64,000 bases of DNA from Candidatus Latescibacterota bacterium (GTDB lineage: Bacteria; Latescibacterota; UBA2968; GCA-2709665): positions 1,632,001 to 1,696,000 of the forward strand of contig CBDDDZ010000005.1 in the NCBI GenBank assembly GCA_965226795.1, written 5' to 3'. A model generated the notes under the pieces. That model did no database searches, was not told the origin of the DNA, and saw only the letters and a program-made list of their open reading frames with translations. A program made the position numbers and the translations under genes. Of this stretch, positions 18,777-29,695 are shown piece by piece. Each line of letters opens with the position of its first letter. The stretch's first letter is position 1.

Positions 18777-20558
18777 TTAGATCTCTTCCAACTCGCGGGT
18801 CAGTTGCTGCCGCCGGTGCATGGCGGCATAGATGCCGGCATGGTTGATCAGTTCGTTGTGGGTGCCCCGTTCCGAAATCACGCCTTCATCCAGCACCACG
18901 ATCTGATCCGCGTCCTGGACGGTTGAAATGCGGTGCGCAATCAATATCGTGGTTCTGGCCGCCATGACCTCACGCAGGCGATTCAATATCATCTCTTCGG
19001 TCTGCGTATCGACGCTGGCGAGCGCATCATCCAGGATCAGAATCTCAGGTCGACGGATCACCGCCCGGGCCAACGCCGTCCGTTGTTTCTGGCCACCCGA
19101 CAACGTGACGCCACGCTCACCGATCACCGTTTCGATCCCCTGCGGGAAATTCGAAAGATCACTCGAAAGACCGGCGACGTCGCTCGCCCACAGTACGTCG
19201 GCCTCCGTTGCCCGGTCGCGCCCAAGGCAGATATTCTCGCGAAGCGAGTCCGAGAAAAGGAACGTATCCTGCGGCACAAAACCGATGGACGACCGGAGCG
19301 TAGCCAGCGGGATTTCATCCACCGGAATGCCATCGATCAGCACGGCGCCCCTCGTCGCCTGGAGCAGGCGAGGGATCAGCTGTACCAGGGTGGTCTTTCC
19401 CGATCCCACGCGTCCAACCAGTGCCAGCGTGCTGCCCCTGGGAATATGCAGATCGATGTTTTTCAATACCGGCACGCCATTGTACGAAAAGCTCAGATTC
19501 CGGAACTCGATCTCGCCGCGAAGCGACCCGACTGCCCTAACGTGGGCCGAATCCTGGATTTCGGGTGTTGTCGCGAGAATGTCTTCAATCCGCTTCATGG
19601 ACGCCAGGCCCCGCTGGTACCGGTCGATCATCCATCCCAATGTAATCATTGGGAAAATCAGCTTGGTCAAGTAGGCGTTGAACGCCACAAAATCCCCGAG
19701 AGTCAGCCGACCCTCGATCACATGCGCGCCGCCAACCCAGAGTATGACCGCCAGCGACGCGCCACTGATCAGAAGGGACAGCGGAAAAAGAAGGCTCTGA
19801 ATACGAATCAGCACGCGGTTCTTGACCAGGTAGTCCCGGCTCAGTTCGTCAAACGCGTCCATCTCCGCCCGCCCCTGGGCGAATGCCTTTACCACCCGGA
19901 TGCCGGACAGGTTTTCCTGAACGTGGGCGCTGATTCGCGAGAACTGTTCCTGCACGGACCGGAACCCGTGGTGGACCCTGCCGGCCAGACGGCTCATCAC
20001 CAGAGCCATCACGGGCATCGGTACCACTGCGAATATTGCCAGTTTCCAGTCGATCCAGCACATCACCAGCATGCTCAGGGTAAGGCCCAACACCGCGCCA
20101 AACAACATGCGTACACCAAACCCGAGAAACATACGGACGGCGTTCATGTCGTTGGTAGCCCGGGAAATCAGATCACCGGTCGGCGTCTGATGGAAATAGC
20201 TCAGAGACAGTCTCAACAAAGCCTTGAAATAATCCCGTCGAATATCGTACTCGACAAAACGCGAAACGCTGTTCAGGCGCCAGCGCATGCCCATTTCCAG
20301 CCCCATCTGCGCCAGCGCGAGCCCGAGGATCATCAATACCCAGAAAACAACCTGATCGCCCGCGCTTCCCTCCGACAGCTGAATCCCGCCCTGCGCGCCG
20401 TCCAAGCGTTCCTTTACCAGATCGACCGTCTCTCTCAACGCAAGCGGAATCGCGCTCGACGCCAGTTGGCCGATCGACAACAGCAGCAGACCCGTCAGGA
20501 TACGTCTGCTGTAGGGTTTCAGATACGTCCAGAAGGGTCTGAAGGGATTAAGCGTCAT
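18777..20558 (-). CDS. ABC exporter TMD+NBD subunit (MdlA/YheI-like, degenerate site)
   Basis: GRVGSGKT, LSGGQKQR, ILILDDAL (Asp in place of the catalytic Glu). Start could be as far up as 20603. Confidence 0.93.
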   Translation of the reverse strand: MTLNPFRPFWTYLKPYSRRILTGLLLLSIGQLASSAIPLALRETVDLVKERLDGAQGGIQLSEGSAGDQVVFWVLMILGLALAQMGLEMGMRWRLNSVSRFVEYDIRRDYFKALLRLSLSYFHQTPTGDLISRATNDMNAVRMFLGFGVRMLFGAVLGLTLSMLVMCWIDWKLAIFAVVPMPVMALVMSRLAGRVHHGFRSVQEQFSRISAHVQENLSGIRVVKAFAQGRAEMDAFDELSRDYLVKNRVLIRIQSLLFPLSLLISGASLAVILWVGGAHVIEGRLTLGDFVAFNAYLTKLIFPMITLGWMIDRYQRGLASMKRIEDILATTPEIQDSAHVRAVGSLRGEIEFRNLSFSYNGVPVLKNIDLHIPRGSTLALVGRVGSGKTTLVQLIPRLLQATRGAVLIDGIPVDEIPLATLRSSIGFVPQDTFLFSDSLRENICLGRDRATEADVLWASDVAGLSSDLSNFPQGIETVIGERGVTLSGGQKQRTALARAVIRRPEILILDDALASVDTQTEEMILNRLREVMAARTTILIAHRISTVQDADQIVVLDEGVISERGTHNELINHAGIYAAMHRRQQLTRELEEI

Positions 20559-20729
20559 TGGCGAATCCGATGGACATTCTGTTTCGTTGTACCGAATTTC
20601 CAACTCTGGTTTGAAGACAGGCTGTCAGCCGTCACACCGCCCATCCAACCCAACCCCGGGCAAGACGTGAGACGAAAGACGTAAGCATATACAAAGCGCG
20701 AATGACCATCGGGGTCGGGTGTGGGGCCC

Positions 20730-21047
20730 CTATACGTCTGCGTGCCAACGGTAGACGTCCAGATCCACTTTCCCCTTCACGAATGTCACGCCTTCGGCCT
20801 CCAGGAGCTGTTCCTGGACCAAATGCGCCTTCCTGGCGCCAGCGCGAATCGACACCGTCCCCCGCGCGTTAATCACCCGATGCCACGGACAATTCGCGCC
20901 TGCCGGCAATGCCTTCAGCGCCTGCCCCACCTGCCTGGGGCCCACGCCCACGATCCCGGCAATCTGGCCGTAGGTGGCCACGGTACCTTCGGGAATCCTT
21001 CCGACCACCCGATAGATCCTTCGAAACGTACGCTCAAATTCCGGCAT
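20730..21047 (-). CDS. Alkyltransferase-like protein (ATL/YbaZ, MGMT family)
   Basis: IPEGTVATYGQIA, PRQVG, PWHRV (Trp replaces the catalytic Cys of PCHRV). Confidence 0.9.
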   Translation of the reverse strand: MPEFERTFRRIYRVVGRIPEGTVATYGQIAGIVGVGPRQVGQALKALPAGANCPWHRVINARGTVSIRAGARKAHLVQEQLLEAEGVTFVKGKVDLDVYRWHADV

Positions 21048-21101
21048 GCCTGGCACTACACTTCCGAAGACGATTGATCCCGCCAGATCCGGCCCCCTGA
21101 G

Positions 21102-22175
21102 CTAGGGACAGCCAGCCCGCGGCTTCCTTTCATCGACATCCCGCAACCATTCCGCCAAATATCCCGCAGGGTCCGCTTGCGACTCACATTCCATGAAGAG
21201 CCGGACGGCGGCCTTGATATTGTGACCGAGCGTCCGGTACACGCGATCGAAGATATCCGCTTTTTCGTGGTACGTTCGATAGGCCATTATCACGGCGTTA
21301 TTCAATCGTCGCCGCGGAAAACGAGAATACGCGTCGGACCTTAAATCTAAATTGGCAAACCGGTTTTTTGCCCGTTCAAATATGACCTCTCTCTCTTTTA
21401 GCTTCTCGTCATAGGAGAGTTCCGAGCCGTAGAGCGCTTTCAGTTCTTCCGCAACGGTGTGCATGAATCGATTGAACGTCCTTTCGTCGGACCGCATGTC
21501 CAACAGGACCCTTACAACGGCGGCCTCTTTTCCGTGACGCTTCTGCATGAACAACAAGGCGCCGGCCTCCCCCACAAAGGTCGCCATGTTTTCATTGAAG
21601 GAGACCTGGCCCGGAATCCAGACCGTCGCATGGGCCAACTCGTGGATGACGAGTTCGGCCAGGTTCCCGTCTCGATACCGGAGCATCGTGCTCAGGATCG
21701 AATCCTCAAACCAGCCCAGCGTGCTGTAAGCGCCTACGGAGCGCAGAGAAGTATCGTAGTTTTGCGCCTCAAGCCGATCCCGATCCTTTTTCGCCCGGTC
21801 CAGGTCAAAATAACCCCGGTAGGGAAATCGTCCCACTACCGGGTACGTCCATTGAACCGGCTCGAGCCGGTCCTTCGGCGACGCGGTCAGTTGCCACGAA
21901 ACCGGTCCTTCGCCGATATCGATATAGGTACTGTAATTCCGGGATCGGGCAAGCCCGATCCGTTTCTCCGCGAACCGTCGCACCTCCTGGATGAAATCGA
22001 GCCGTTCCCGAACGGTTGGATCCAAATCCGGCCGCGCCAGCAAACTCGAGATTGGCTGCCGGTTCCAGAGCAATTTCGCCTGGCCCCGGACAAGGTGCAA
22101 ATAGTATCCAAGTTCCGGATTCAAGCTGCAAATCAGGGGCAAGAGAACGATCATGGCCGAGCGGGACCGGCTCAT
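21102..22175 (-). CDS. Putative zinc aminopeptidase (DUF2265-like)
   Basis: YRGYF, AYSTLGWFED, IHELAH, FNENMATFVG. Confidence 0.85.
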   Translation of the reverse strand: MSRSRSAMIVLLPLICSLNPELGYYLHLVRGQAKLLWNRQPISSLLARPDLDPTVRERLDFIQEVRRFAEKRIGLARSRNYSTYIDIGEGPVSWQLTASPKDRLEPVQWTYPVVGRFPYRGYFDLDRAKKDRDRLEAQNYDTSLRSVGAYSTLGWFEDSILSTMLRYRDGNLAELVIHELAHATVWIPGQVSFNENMATFVGEAGALLFMQKRHGKEAAVVRVLLDMRSDERTFNRFMHTVAEELKALYGSELSYDEKLKEREVIFERAKNRFANLDLRSDAYSRFPRRRLNNAVIMAYRTYHEKADIFDRVYRTLGHNIKAAVRLFMECESQADPAGYLAEWLRDVDERKPRAGCP

Positions 22176-22747
22176 TGCAACCGTTCCACATCCATGAAAT
22201 AGTAACAGATGATGTGCTGCAGAACCATATGCATGTCCTCAACCCTTCCCATGTGGTCCGACTCCACCACAACACAATCATGCGCCAGATCTTTCAACTT
22301 TCCGCCACCGAACCCTGAAAAACCGACTGTATGACAGCCCATCCCGTTTGCAAAACGCACGGCACGGAGTACGTTTTCGGAATTCCCGCTCCCGCTGATA
22401 GCCAGCAATACGTCCCCCGGTTCCGCGAAATTCCTCATCTGCTCCACAAACACGTCCTCGTAACCCAGGTCGTTGCTCAACGCCGTCATCCACTCCACGT
22501 TGTCGGTCAGGGGAATCACCTTGAAGCGGGTCTCGCGGCCGACCGATGCCCCCTTTCCCATATCGTTCACGAAGTGGGAGGCCGTACCGGCACTCCCTCC
22601 GTTCCCTATGGCAAAGATCCGCTTGCCGGAGTCCCTGGCCTCACGCATGAGCGCGATGACAGACGCGATATGCCTGGGATTCAACGATGCCAATAGTTTT
22701 TCGTTTTCCCGAATATATCTCGCGGCAAAGGATTCGACGGATTCCAT
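22172..22747 (-). CDS. SIS-domain protein, phosphoheptose isomerase GmhA-like
   Basis: GNGGSAGTASH, TALSNDLGYEDVF, ISGSGNSENV, EDMH. Confidence 0.88.
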   Translation of the reverse strand: MESVESFAARYIRENEKLLASLNPRHIASVIALMREARDSGKRIFAIGNGGSAGTASHFVNDMGKGASVGRETRFKVIPLTDNVEWMTALSNDLGYEDVFVEQMRNFAEPGDVLLAISGSGNSENVLRAVRFANGMGCHTVGFSGFGGGKLKDLAHDCVVVESDHMGRVEDMHMVLQHIICYYFMDVERLQ

Positions 22748-22816
22748 GTGATTCTCCAATGTATCGACTCAATCTCTTTCGGGGCGTTGTTCAGGTATTC
22801 TCGCAGCACAGTCCGT

Positions 22817-23683
22817 TCAGCCACGTAAGTTTAGTCCCGCCGCCTGCCACGCGTCGTCCAGCCCTCGATGGGTCACGCGTACAGCTTCGGCCGCATCCAG
22901 CTCCCTCACCTTCCGGCTGAAGGGCTCTGGTGTTACGGGCCCGGCGTACCCGATCTCATTCAACACTTTCAAGAAACCCACCAGGTCGATTACGCCGGTC
23001 TCGGACGGGAGTGCGCGAATCTGATCCCTCTGTTCCTCCACGGCCACTCCTGCCGGCGCATCGTTCACGTGGACGTGGATAACGTCGTGCGGCGTGAGTC
23101 CCTTGAGGTCCGCAAGTGTTCCCAGCGAGGTATACCAATGCCAGCAGTCCAGCAACAGACCCGCATTTCCGGTTCCCAGCGCCTCACAGAATCCCAGCAT
23201 CCCCCCAATCGAATAGATAAACCCGTATTTTCTCCCGAGACGACTGGTTCGCGGTCCGATGAACTCCAGGCCAAGGCTGCACCCGTGGTCCTTCAACACT
23301 TCACATATCGGCCGGAAGCGGCTCAGGCACCATCGAAATTGCTCTCGAAAGGGCCGCTTATCGGAAGCGGGTGTAACCCACTGAGACACCCGGTACGCAC
23401 CCACCGATGCACCGGAGGCGGCATACTTCGGCAATGCCCGCAGATCACGTTCGAAATCCTCCTGAGGACCGTCCCAGACGACCGGCAATCCCCACGCACC
23501 GATCTTCAGACCAGCATCGGAAAACAGCCCTCTGACGTAGTCTGCACCCCCCTCATCCGCAAGCCGCGCCACCTCGCGGATGTTAACGTCCAGACCTTGA
23601 AATCCCCCGTTCTTTGCATACACCAGTCCTTCCGCGAGCGTCGCGTTGACCCCGATGGCGCCCGGCGCCAGGCACTTGAACAT
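22817..23683 (-). CDS. Sugar phosphate isomerase/epimerase (xylose isomerase-like TIM barrel)
   Basis: LGLEFIG, LLDCWHW, HVHVND, YAGPVTPE. Confidence 0.88.
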   Translation of the reverse strand: MFKCLAPGAIGVNATLAEGLVYAKNGGFQGLDVNIREVARLADEGGADYVRGLFSDAGLKIGAWGLPVVWDGPQEDFERDLRALPKYAASGASVGAYRVSQWVTPASDKRPFREQFRWCLSRFRPICEVLKDHGCSLGLEFIGPRTSRLGRKYGFIYSIGGMLGFCEALGTGNAGLLLDCWHWYTSLGTLADLKGLTPHDVIHVHVNDAPAGVAVEEQRDQIRALPSETGVIDLVGFLKVLNEIGYAGPVTPEPFSRKVRELDAAEAVRVTHRGLDDAWQAAGLNLRG

Positions 23684-23855
23684 GAGGTCCTCCATTGTCC
23701 GTTAAATCCAGGGGAAACTGTGGTGCGCGGTCAGCCGGACCGGCGTCCGCATTTGATTTGCCGCCGCCGCCCAAAGCCTGGTACGGTAAACCGAATGGCC
23801 AATCCGGCGCGAACCGGCCGGGGCAGGACAACGTACAGTATTCCGAATACCGCGA

Positions 23856-24953
23856 TCAATCCAACGCCACGCCGTGCGCTTCCAGCATTTCCGGGTTCAA
23901 TTCCACCCCGAGGCCAGGACGTCGGCCAGGGCGGATGCGGCCATTGACGATCTCCTCCGAAGGGACGGTCAACTCGCTTCGCCACGGTATCTCGCCCCAA
24001 CCATATTCCAGAATCAAAAAACCGGGGTGCGTGGCCATTACCTGCATCCCGGCGCTTATGGCGACCGGTCCGAACGGACCGTGCGGCGCCGTGGGTACGC
24101 CAAACGTCTCTGCCATCTCCGCGATCGCTCTCAGTTCCGCGATACCCCCCACAACCGTCACGTCCGGCATGACCACATCCATCGCGGCGTTTTCCAGAAC
24201 TTCCCGAAATCCACCGCGCAACATTCGCTGTTCGCCGCCGGCGGTCCGCAATCCACAACGTCTGTTCACCTCGACGACGGCGTCCAAGTTATCTTCTGAA
24301 ACGGGCTGTTCGAACCAATAGAGATCCAATTCACGCAGCACGTCGGCGGTCTCGAGGGCTCCCTTGACGGTAAAATGGCTGTGGCAGTCGACCAGCAGAT
24401 CCACGTCCGGCCCGACCGCCTGGCGTACAGCCTGTACGCGAGCGATGCCCAACCCCGCTTCCACGGCAGAGTCTATATTGCGCGGCATCTCGTCAAACGG
24501 CGCCAATTTGACGGCATCGAAACCCTCGGCGGCTGCCCCGGCCGCGAGCGCCGCGAATTTCTCCGGGCTACGATCCGGCGACGCCCTGTTGATGTTGGCG
24601 TAGAGACGGATTTCCTCTCTTACCGCGCCTCCCAGCAATGTGTAAACCGGTGCGTCGAGCACCTTTCCCAGAAGATCCCACAGCGCCTGCTCCAGTGCGC
24701 TAACCGCGCTGATCATATCTCTGTCAGACCCAATCCTCGAAAATCTGTGTGAAAAATCCCGAATCTGCCGGGGATCCCGGCCAAGCAGCCATTCGGCCAG
24801 CTCCTTTGTGGCCCGTATGCGCCCGGCGTAGTTCCGGCCCGCGCGCAACTCTCCGAGGCCGCGAAGTCCCTCGTCAGTATTGATGTATACAAAGACCCAG
24901 TCACCCAGGTGGTTCACTCTCACGGCTACAAGATCGACACCTGTAATCTTCAT
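23856..24953 (-). CDS. Mandelate racemase/galactonate dehydratase-like enolase-superfamily enzyme
   Basis: ALWDLLGK, AVKLAP, VDCH, WFEQP, AGGE, APH, PGLGVE. Confidence 0.9.
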   Translation of the reverse strand: MKITGVDLVAVRVNHLGDWVFVYINTDEGLRGLGELRAGRNYAGRIRATKELAEWLLGRDPRQIRDFSHRFSRIGSDRDMISAVSALEQALWDLLGKVLDAPVYTLLGGAVREEIRLYANINRASPDRSPEKFAALAAGAAAEGFDAVKLAPFDEMPRNIDSAVEAGLGIARVQAVRQAVGPDVDLLVDCHSHFTVKGALETADVLRELDLYWFEQPVSEDNLDAVVEVNRRCGLRTAGGEQRMLRGGFREVLENAAMDVVMPDVTVVGGIAELRAIAEMAETFGVPTAPHGPFGPVAISAGMQVMATHPGFLILEYGWGEIPWRSELTVPSEEIVNGRIRPGRRPGLGVELNPEMLEAHGVALD

Positions 24954-24962
24954 TCGACCGAC

Positions 24963-26030
24963 CTATGCCCGATAGACTTCGGCGACGCGCGATGCGATCC
25001 GTTGCCAGTCCAGCGATTTTGCGCGCGCAAACGCCGCGCAGCCCGCCCGTCCGAGGTCACGCCGTCTGATGTCGAGTAGCGCCTTCGACAGTGCCCCGGT
25101 ATCTTTAGGGTCGTATAATATACCCATCGAGTCGTCGACCAGCTCCGGCAGGCACCCGAGCGCCGGCACAATTACCGGTTTGCCGAAAGAAAGAGCAGCG
25201 ATTACAGATCCGGACGTCAGCACCTCTGAAAATGGCAGCACGACAACGTCCGCGGCATTCAAGTAGATCTGAAAATCCTCATTTGGAAAAAAAGGGTGAG
25301 TAAACACATGAATGCGTTCATCCAATTCCGCTAGGGTGATTACCCGATCGGCGTGACTTCCGTCGAAAGCCCTTCGGGTCATGATGGCCAGACGCGTGTC
25401 GGCGGCCGCACATTCCCGATAGGCGTCGACCAGCTCTTCGATTCCCTTATAGACCCTGGCATTTCCAAAAAACAGATATACGAACGCGTCCCCCTGCAAC
25501 CGCAGCTTCCGCCGGGCTGTCTCCCGAGAGATCTCATTGGGAAAAATATCGATATAGTGGCCATGTGGAATGACGTGCAGATGACCGGTACGATAAAACA
25601 GCTTGCGCGCAAGACTGGCACCGTAGTGGCAATGCACAATCATTCCGTCCGCCAACCGCCCCACGATCAACCGTGCCAGATGATCCAGATCCGGAAACGG
25701 CCGCTCGTGCGGATACCTGTTGTGCAATGTCCAAACAACCCGGTACCCAAGTTCCTTGGCAAAGTGTAAATTGTCCGCAAAACGGTTGAGCCGGGAAACC
25801 GATTGCTCCAGGGTGTCATCCCGGTAGAACCAGTGAAGCCAATTCAGGTGTAACACGGAGTAATCGTTTCGCGAGTCTTTCAGCCAATCCCGCCGGAACG
25901 CGTAATCGCCCAGTTCGAGGTGGATATCCAGCTTCGCCAAATCGTGAGCAAGCAGCGGCCCATAGGGATTGCATTTGTCCTGAAGCGCCAGACCGCCGGC
26001 GGCGGCTTCCCAGAAAAAGAAAGCCCGCAT
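24963..26030 (-). CDS. Glycosyltransferase family 4
   Basis: WTLHN, FGNARVYKGIEEL, ADVVVLPF, SGSVIAALSFGKPVI. Confidence 0.88.
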   Translation of the reverse strand: MRAFFFWEAAAGGLALQDKCNPYGPLLAHDLAKLDIHLELGDYAFRRDWLKDSRNDYSVLHLNWLHWFYRDDTLEQSVSRLNRFADNLHFAKELGYRVVWTLHNRYPHERPFPDLDHLARLIVGRLADGMIVHCHYGASLARKLFYRTGHLHVIPHGHYIDIFPNEISRETARRKLRLQGDAFVYLFFGNARVYKGIEELVDAYRECAAADTRLAIMTRRAFDGSHADRVITLAELDERIHVFTHPFFPNEDFQIYLNAADVVVLPFSEVLTSGSVIAALSFGKPVIVPALGCLPELVDDSMGILYDPKDTGALSKALLDIRRRDLGRAGCAAFARAKSLDWQRIASRVAEVYRA

Positions 26031-26033
26031 CGT

Positions 26034-26978
26034 TCAATATCCCTTTTCTTTGTCGATCACGCTCAACAATGGCTGTCCGGCGCCTAACCGTTTCAGATTT
26101 TCACAGAACAGGTTCACAATGCGATCCTGCCGGTTGGGCGACCCCCCGGCGGTATGCGGGGTAATCAGCACGTTATCCAGTTTCCACAGCGGATGGTCCG
26201 GGGGGAGTGGCTCAACGGGCGCGACATCCAGCCCCGCACCTGCGATCATTCCTTTCGCCAGTGCTGCGACCAGCGCATTTTCATCCATTATTCCCCCGCG
26301 CGTAACGTTGATCAGCAGCGCACTGGTTTTCATGGAACGAAACGCGTTTTCGTCGAACATACCCCGGGTCTCCGGCGTGAGGGGCGCGCAAACGGCCACA
26401 ACGTCGGACAATGTCAGAAGGTCGTGAAACCGATCCATCTTCCAGCAGGATGCCACGCATGCGGGTACGTCCACGTCTTCTGGATCCACCGCCACCACCC
26501 GCATTCCGAACGCGCTCGCCCTGATGGCGAGTTCACGCCCTGTACCGCCCAGACCCACGATTCCCATTGTCAGGTCGACCAGTTCCCAACTCGCGTTCCG
26601 GATCGCCATCCGCTGGTCCCACCCGGGCATCCGTACGGCCCAGGCGATACCCCGCGAGAGCCCCAGCAACAACGCCATGGCGTGTTCCGCCAGATGCACG
26701 CCAACCGTTCCTCGACCGCTTGTCAATACAACATTGCTGTCCACAAACGCTTTGAATAACTGGCCATCGACACCGGCGCCCCAGGTCTGTACCCACCGCA
26801 ATCGCTCCGCCCGACGGAACATGCCCGGACTCAGGCTGCCAAAAACAACCTCCGCCTGTGGCATGACCATCAGTAATTCAGCTTCGGATTCCGGCATCAC
26901 CAATTCAACACCTTCAACCGCCGACCGAATCTGTTCCCTATGGTGATCCGCCAGCTCCACGCGCAACAGTATTTTCAT
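26034..26978 (-). CDS. D-2-hydroxyacid dehydrogenase
   Basis: GAGVD, GLGGTG, PLTPETRG, INVTRG, LDV, ITPHTAG. Confidence 0.92.
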   Translation of the reverse strand: MKILLRVELADHHREQIRSAVEGVELVMPESEAELLMVMPQAEVVFGSLSPGMFRRAERLRWVQTWGAGVDGQLFKAFVDSNVVLTSGRGTVGVHLAEHAMALLLGLSRGIAWAVRMPGWDQRMAIRNASWELVDLTMGIVGLGGTGRELAIRASAFGMRVVAVDPEDVDVPACVASCWKMDRFHDLLTLSDVVAVCAPLTPETRGMFDENAFRSMKTSALLINVTRGGIMDENALVAALAKGMIAGAGLDVAPVEPLPPDHPLWKLDNVLITPHTAGGSPNRQDRIVNLFCENLKRLGAGQPLLSVIDKEKGY

Positions 26979-27022
26979 ACGTTCGTCTCGGATCCGGAAT
27001 GTGAGATTGCCGGTCGTTCCGG

Positions 27023-28270
27023 TCAGAATACCTCTTCGGCGGAGGCGCGAACGGCGGCTGAGAGCGCATCGATTTTTTCGTCCGGAAACCAGGGATTGAC
27101 ACTGGTCAGAAGGAGAACTCGCTGGAGCAGATCTTCCGTGCGGGGACACAGACCCGGGCCGTAAGTAACCTCGCCATCGTACATCGGCGACTTCCAGGGA
27201 TTCGCGTGGGGCGAAGCCGTGGCCTGGTTCTGGATTGGCGGTCCCATATAAACCGGCTTCCCGCCGTATCCCAGACCGGCCGAAAACCCCCGAGCACGCA
27301 TCGCCTTCGCAAACCGAGCGCAGGTGAACCGATCTTCGAAGACGAGATCCCAATGCACCCCGAGATGGCCGTCTTCGTCGTTTGTCGGCCTGATTTTCAC
27401 CCCCCGCACACCCGCAACGCCCTCCTTGAATCGCCGGAATTTGCGACGCAGCGCCTCGACAACGCCGTCCATTTTCTGAAGCTGGGCAAGCGCAACCGCC
27501 CCGGACATCTCGGGCATTCTGAAATTCTCGCCCACGAACGGCTCCAGGATCGGCTCGAATCCCGGAAATCGTGTCTTTTCCCGAAACTGCCCCTGATCGT
27601 GGTAGCGCACGGCGCGTTCGTAAAGTTCCGCGTTGTCGGACAACACCACACCGCCTTCGCCCGATGTGATAATCTTGCCAAATTGCAGGCTGAATGCGCC
27701 CAGATCACCCCAGGTCCCTATGGCCCTTCCTTTGTACGACGCGCCCGCACTCTGGGAGCAATCTTCGATCACCTTCAGGCCATGCCTTTTCGCGATCTCC
27801 ACTATCCGATCCATCCTGCACGGTGTCCCCCACAGATGAACAGGCAGAATCGCCTTTGTCCGGGGCGTAATGCTGGCTTCGATGGCGTCCGGATCCAGTG
27901 TCATTGACCGGTCGACTTCGGCAAAGACCGGCACACCCCCTAGGAGGACAACTGCGCCCGGTGTGGCCACGAATGTGACCGCGGGCATAATCACCTCGTC
28001 ACCCGGGCCAACACCCGATGCAACCAGGGCGACCTTTATCGCAGCGGTACCGGATGTGACGGCCAGGGCGTAAGCGGAGTCCATTTTTCGGGCGAAGCCC
28101 TGTTCAAAACGCCCCACCATATCCAGGCGGTCGGGACCGTAGTCCCTGGAAAGTGATCGACTCTTAATGACTGCCAGGACTTCCTGCACCTCCTCGTCGT
28201 CGAGTACAGAAGCCCCGGCGTGGAGACTCCGTACCGGACTGTCCGGAGGTAACGACCGTTTTTGTGACAT
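27023..28270 (-). CDS. DegT/DnrJ/EryC1/StrS aminotransferase
   Basis: TSGTAA, IEDCSQS, FSLQFGKIITSGEGG (PLP Lys). Confidence 0.92.
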   Translation of the reverse strand: MSQKRSLPPDSPVRSLHAGASVLDDEEVQEVLAVIKSRSLSRDYGPDRLDMVGRFEQGFARKMDSAYALAVTSGTAAIKVALVASGVGPGDEVIMPAVTFVATPGAVVLLGGVPVFAEVDRSMTLDPDAIEASITPRTKAILPVHLWGTPCRMDRIVEIAKRHGLKVIEDCSQSAGASYKGRAIGTWGDLGAFSLQFGKIITSGEGGVVLSDNAELYERAVRYHDQGQFREKTRFPGFEPILEPFVGENFRMPEMSGAVALAQLQKMDGVVEALRRKFRRFKEGVAGVRGVKIRPTNDEDGHLGVHWDLVFEDRFTCARFAKAMRARGFSAGLGYGGKPVYMGPPIQNQATASPHANPWKSPMYDGEVTYGPGLCPRTEDLLQRVLLLTSVNPWFPDEKIDALSAAVRASAEEVF

Positions 28271-28288
28271 CCAGATTTCTCCCTTGCG

Positions 28289-29695
28289 TCATGCCGGCCA
28301 GACAGGCCTCAGAAAATCGCCGGTTTCATTCATCCAACCGGCGAGTTGCGCCCTCAGGTCGTCTCGCATCTCCCCGTAACTAGGGTCTTGCGCGAGATTT
28401 CGCATTTCGTGCGAGTCCGCGTTTCGATCGAAGAGCTGATCCGCATCTCGGTGGTGGTAGATGTATTTGTAAGCGTCGGTCACCACTCCCCGGGTGTGAA
28501 TCCCGCCGCGGGTATACCCGTTGAACTCAACAAACGCCGCGTTGCCGGTTTGTACCCGGGTGTCGGTCAGATCCGGCATCAGGCTCCTGCCCTGTACCCG
28601 GCACATCGGCGGCAGGTCCAGCAGATCCAGAATGGTCGGCGGCATGTCCACGTGGGAACCGAAACCTCCTCGATTTCCTGGTGCGATGCCCGGCGCGGAT
28701 ACCATAAATGGCAACTGAATGGATTCCGCGTAAAGTACACCCTTCTGATAGAGGTTGTGGGCGCCCAGCATTTCGCCGTGGTCGCAGGAAAAGATCACAA
28801 CGGTATCTTCCGCCCGCCCGGAAGTCTCCAGGGCGTCAAGCACCGTGCCCACGCAGGCGTCCAGGAACGCTACAAATCCCCAGTACGTCGCCGTTGCCAA
28901 CGCCCACGGTTCCCAGGTCCAGCCGCGCACGCACTGCGCTCCGGCTGCGTTTCGAACGGGCCCCGGCAGGCCATCCATATTCTCGCCGAAGCTTGGCGGA
29001 GGCAACATTTCATCCGGCGAAAACATACTGTAATACGGTTCCGGAACCAGAATGGGAGGATGAGGACCACCCAGCGAACACCAGGCGGCAAACGGGCGAT
29101 CGCTCGGCGCCGAACGGATGAACTCGCTCAAATTTCGCGCGATCGTCATATCCGGATGTGCGTCAGCTGTTTCTAGCCAGCGCGCCGGCACCGGAGTGCT
29201 GATACCCCAATCGTACATCGCTCCGCTGTCCGTAGGCGTGGTGACAGGCGCCCTCTGATCACCGTCCTTCCCCCCTTGCGCAATCAGCATTCGCAGATGG
29301 TCCTTGTATGGGAAGCCGCGCGGCACAAAGTGGGCGTATTCCCCGCACCGGTCGTCCTCCGGTTGCCGGTTGACATGCCAGATTCCCTCGTATCCCACGT
29401 GATACCCATAATCCATCAGAACGTCGGTCAACAACTGCTCTCCGGCGTTGATTGTTTCGTATCCCGGCCCGAATGTCGTCGCGCCGTGCGCGTGCGGCCA
29501 GCGTCCTGTCATCATGGACGGGCGTGTGGGCACGCACAGAGGGGTTGCGCAGTAAAACTCCTGGAAAACCGCGCTTCGCTCCGCCAGCCGGTCGAGACGG
29601 GGCGTTGGAACCCGCCCTCCATAGGTACCCAACGATTGCCGTTGGAGTTGATCGCAAAGAATCACAACCAGATTTTTGGATCCGCGTCCGGACAT
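28289..29695 (-). CDS. Formylglycine-dependent sulfatase, no signal peptide
   Basis: ILCDQ, CVPTRPSMMTGR (CxPxR), PHPP, SCDHGEMLG. Confidence 0.92.
   Translation of the reverse strand: MSGRGSKNLVVILCDQLQRQSLGTYGGRVPTPRLDRLAERSAVFQEFYCATPLCVPTRPSMMTGRWPHAHGATTFGPGYETINAGEQLLTDVLMDYGYHVGYEGIWHVNRQPEDDRCGEYAHFVPRGFPYKDHLRMLIAQGGKDGDQRAPVTTPTDSGAMYDWGISTPVPARWLETADAHPDMTIARNLSEFIRSAPSDRPFAAWCSLGGPHPPILVPEPYYSMFSPDEMLPPPSFGENMDGLPGPVRNAAGAQCVRGWTWEPWALATATYWGFVAFLDACVGTVLDALETSGRAEDTVVIFSCDHGEMLGAHNLYQKGVLYAESIQLPFMVSAPGIAPGNRGGFGSHVDMPPTILDLLDLPPMCRVQGRSLMPDLTDTRVQTGNAAFVEFNGYTRGGIHTRGVVTDAYKYIYHHRDADQLFDRNADSHEMRNLAQDPSYGEMRDDLRAQLAGWMNETGDFLRPVWPA

Noticed and set aside
18933..20684. Long plus-strand ORFs (for example 583 aa here, also 507-1313, 22868-23947, 43674-44726)
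   Set aside because: Antisense shadows of well-supported minus-strand genes in GC-rich DNA, with no motifs.
20663..20685. AGACG heptamer repeats (three copies; a similar tract at 61443-61475)
   Set aside because: Too short, with no spacers; not a CRISPR array or a clear functional array.
18777..21047. DD Walker B in the ABC subunit and PWHRV in the MGMT homolog as inactivating mutations
   Set aside because: Both are normal family features (heterodimeric exporter degenerate site; ATL proteins).
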